DNA of 64,000 nt from Anaerolineae bacterium (GTDB lineage: Bacteria; Chloroflexota; Anaerolineae; JACIWR01). The translations under genes were made by a program, and so were the position numbers. The notes below the pieces were generated by a model that saw nothing but the letters and a program-made list of their open reading frames with translations, did no database searches and was not told the DNA's origin. The stretch lies in contig JANLFX010000003.1 of the NCBI GenBank assembly GCA_024653325.1, positions 11,334 to 75,333 of the forward strand, given 5' to 3'. Positions 63,519-64,000 of the stretch are shown here, in pieces. The first letter of the stretch is position 1. Each line of letters begins with the position of its first letter.

Positions 63519-63783
63519 GCCTAAAGGCGTGGGGTCCTCGACTGTTCGAAAGACTAAGGTGTACAGCCAAGTAGCAAAGGCTAAATACAACCCTAGTTTA
63601 CACCTTTCTAGAAATTCAGTGGCATAATCATATAGCCACTGCTTCCAATCAGGCGTCCGAGTAGGTCTCGGGGTTCGAGACTGCTCCCGGGGAAGCATAC
63701 TATTTGCTCCCCAGGAGGCTAGCACTTAAGAAGTGAAAGAGTGGGGGCACGGCGCGCCGTGCCCCCACGTTTCCTTTGCTACT

Positions 63784-63830
63784 GTAATAACGACCTCAGT
63801 CGTTCTGAAAGCGACTAAAGTCGTTACTAT
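63784..63830. repeat. solo core hairpin of the MITE-like family (copy 3): GTAATAACGACCTCAGTCG / CGACTAAAGTCGTTACTAT
   Basis: Same arm consensus GTAGTGACGNCTTNAGNCG as copies 1 and 2, but with no TIRs or direct repeats; preceded by the hairpin GTGGGGGCACGGCGCGCCGTGCCCCCAC. Confidence 0.45.
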
Positions 63831-63897
63831 GACCGCTTTTCCACTAAGTATCTTCGCGTTCTTTGCGTGCTCCGCGTGAGGATAAGGCAAGACTTCG

Positions 63898-64000
63898 CTA
63901 AGGCCAGGTGATTGTGGTCCGCGCCTGGATGCGTCGTCGGGCGAACCAGGCTCGCACCCGGTCGTAAATACCCACCAGCGTGCGGAAGAAACGGGCCACC
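63898..64000 (-). CDS. 3-prime end of an unidentified minus-strand gene (continues beyond the window)
   Basis: Manual translation of the reverse strand gives an open frame ending ...VARFFRTLVGIYDRVRAWFARRRIQARTTITWP-stop; too short to identify. Confidence 0.3.
   Translation of the reverse strand, partial: VARFFRTLVGIYDRVRAWFARRRIQARTTITWP

Noticed and set aside
60967-63570. 867-aa minus-strand ORF spanning most of the GH57 gene
   Set aside because: It is antisense to a well-supported gene with clear family motifs, and its translation is low-complexity Arg/Gly/Ala-rich, typical of spurious antisense ORFs in high-GC DNA. The same reasoning applies to 7122-8402(-), 5360-6319(-), 33203-34723(-), 24355-25032(-), 58913-59713(-) and the many shorter antisense and overlapping ORFs in the track.
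63640-63700. GGGGTTCGAGAC, resembling a tRNA T-loop (GGTTCGA)
   Set aside because: The flanking sequence cannot form a 5-bp T-stem, acceptor stem or anticodon arm; no cloverleaf could be built by hand.

Overview
High-GC (~60%) bacterial window, probably Chloroflexota judging by the PT-rich surface proteins, zinc-ribbon ribosomal proteins and gene content (inference). Layout: (1) 1-25 kb, an accessory and housekeeping mix: a GGDEF fragment, TPR protein, a PT-linker IPT/TIG surface protein, prfA-prmC, a HAD phosphatase, tsaC, a GT4 glycosyltransferase, a PTA/PTB acyltransferase, an M20 amidohydrolase, a 1195-aa adenylate-cyclase/STAND-ATPase/TPR regulator, an S8 peptidase with a tandem-repeat tail, an ArnT-like glycosyltransferase, a lipoprotein, lon, folC and an ECF sigma factor with a putative anti-sigma. 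(2) 26-53 kb, the conserved ribosomal superoperon: rpoB, then rpsL-rpsG-fusA-tuf, S10/spc/alpha clusters, secY-adk-map, rpmJ, rpoA-rplQ, truA, rplM-rpsI. rpoC and infA are not in the window. (3) 53-63.5 kb, a maltodextrin locus: a ROK regulator, MalEFG-like ABC transporter, cytoplasmic GH13 enzyme and a 1026-aa GH57 lipoprotein. Non-coding highlights: a previously uncharacterised MITE-like inverted-repeat element family with target-site duplications, one copy inside the rplE-rpsZ spacer; an rplV-rpsC spacer built from opposed heptamer arrays; two shared palindromic terminator families; a divergent EF-Tu switch I; and the 10x YATWSGG repeat tail on the S8 peptidase. No CRISPR array, tRNA or rRNA was found.
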